From NCBI GenBank assembly GCA_964348605.1, contig CAYGDC010000001.1, positions 6,926 to 41,822 on the forward strand: a DNA stretch of 34,897 nt. The letters are read 5' to 3'. Below, one piece after another: positions 34,575-34,897 of the stretch. The translations under genes were made by a program, and so were the position numbers. The notes beneath the pieces are model-generated. The model made no database searches. It saw nothing but the letters and a program-made list of their open reading frames with translations, and was not told the DNA's origin. Position 1 is the first letter of the stretch; each line of letters starts with the position of its first letter. Source of the stretch: an uncultured Candidatus Saccharibacteria bacterium (lineage in GTDB: Bacteria > Patescibacteriota > Minisyncoccia > UBA6257 > Colwellbacteraceae).

Positions 34575-34897
34575 ATGAAAAAAGCCCTTTCTTTTGTTCT
34601 TGCGTTTTTAGCACGAAAAATTATATCTAAGCATAAGCCAAAAATTATTGGCGTAACTGGTAGTTTTGGAAAAAGTTCCGTAAAAGAAACAATTTTTCAT
34701 GTTCTACACACTAATGGCAAAAAAGTTAGAAGAAGTAGGGGAAGCTTTAATAACGAATTTGGCCTCCCTCTTGCTGTTATAGATGATTTTAATCATTCAG
34801 GGGGCGCAATATTTTATTTAAGTGCGATAATTAAGGGCTTAGTTGTGTGGCTACTTAAAAGCGAATATCCGCAAATTCTCGTTCTAGAATACGGAGC
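34575..34897 (+). CDS. murF: Mur ligase, MurF-like (UDP-MurNAc-tripeptide--D-Ala-D-Ala ligase); 3' end truncated by the window edge
   Basis: My translation is MKKALSFVLAFLARKIISKHKPKIIGVTGSFGKSSVKE...SFNNEFGLPLAVI...LVLEYG. It carries the GxTGSxGKS P-loop and the NNExGxPL motif typical of MurF. Confidence 0.7.
   Translation, partial: MKKALSFVLAFLARKIISKHKPKIIGVTGSFGKSSVKETIFHVLHTNGKKVRRSRGSFNNEFGLPLAVIDDFNHSGGAIFYLSAIIKGLVVWLLKSEYPQILVLEYG

Overview
This 34.9-kb window comes from an AT-rich bacterium. It has almost no Shine-Dalgarno sequences, very short leaders and a streamlined housekeeping set: a short EF-Ts, a hinge-less SMC, and rpsP-KH-trmD without rimM or rplS. By inference this looks like a Candidate Phyla Radiation/Patescibacteria-type genome. 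The standard genetic code applies, since TGA ends ORFs at sensible places. The window has two parts. (1) nt 1-14970 is a very AT-rich accessory island, entirely on the plus strand. It opens with a 9-bp/90-bp tandem repeat that is open in three reading frames. It then encodes eight radical-SAM (rSAM) CxxxCxxC cores in seven genes: two SPASM-type enzymes, five paralogous ~300-aa enzymes (one of them embedded in the fusion), and a 1151-aa fusion of HemN-like rSAM + rSAM + Cys domain + methyltransferase. It also encodes two paralogous Cys-motif proteins of unknown function (GYPxCC / HxPCxxNC), a CPBP (CAAX-type) intramembrane protease, an A24 prepilin-peptidase-like membrane protease, a 73-aa ORF with its own promoter, and a GC-richer membrane-anchored protein. 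I cannot match this arrangement to a described pathway. It looks like a RiPP-like peptide-maturation system and is the main finding. A 2-oxoacid:ferredoxin oxidoreductase plus ferredoxin set follows at 15116-17823. (2) nt 18024-34897 is housekeeping: smc, rpsP, a KH protein, trmD, rpsB, tsf, tRNA-Tyr, two tRNA-Thr, rpmG, pcm, rplJ-rplL, tRNA-Val (minus strand), rarA, a DEDD exonuclease, ppaC, tgt, and mraZ-rsmH-ftsL-ftsI-murF (murF truncated by the window edge). This half also holds a family of short palindromic intergenic repeats, a perfect 52-nt duplication of a tRNA-Thr 3' end, near-consensus promoters, an L10-leader-like pair of alternative hairpins, and MraZ boxes. All calls rest on reading motifs by eye; no database search was possible.
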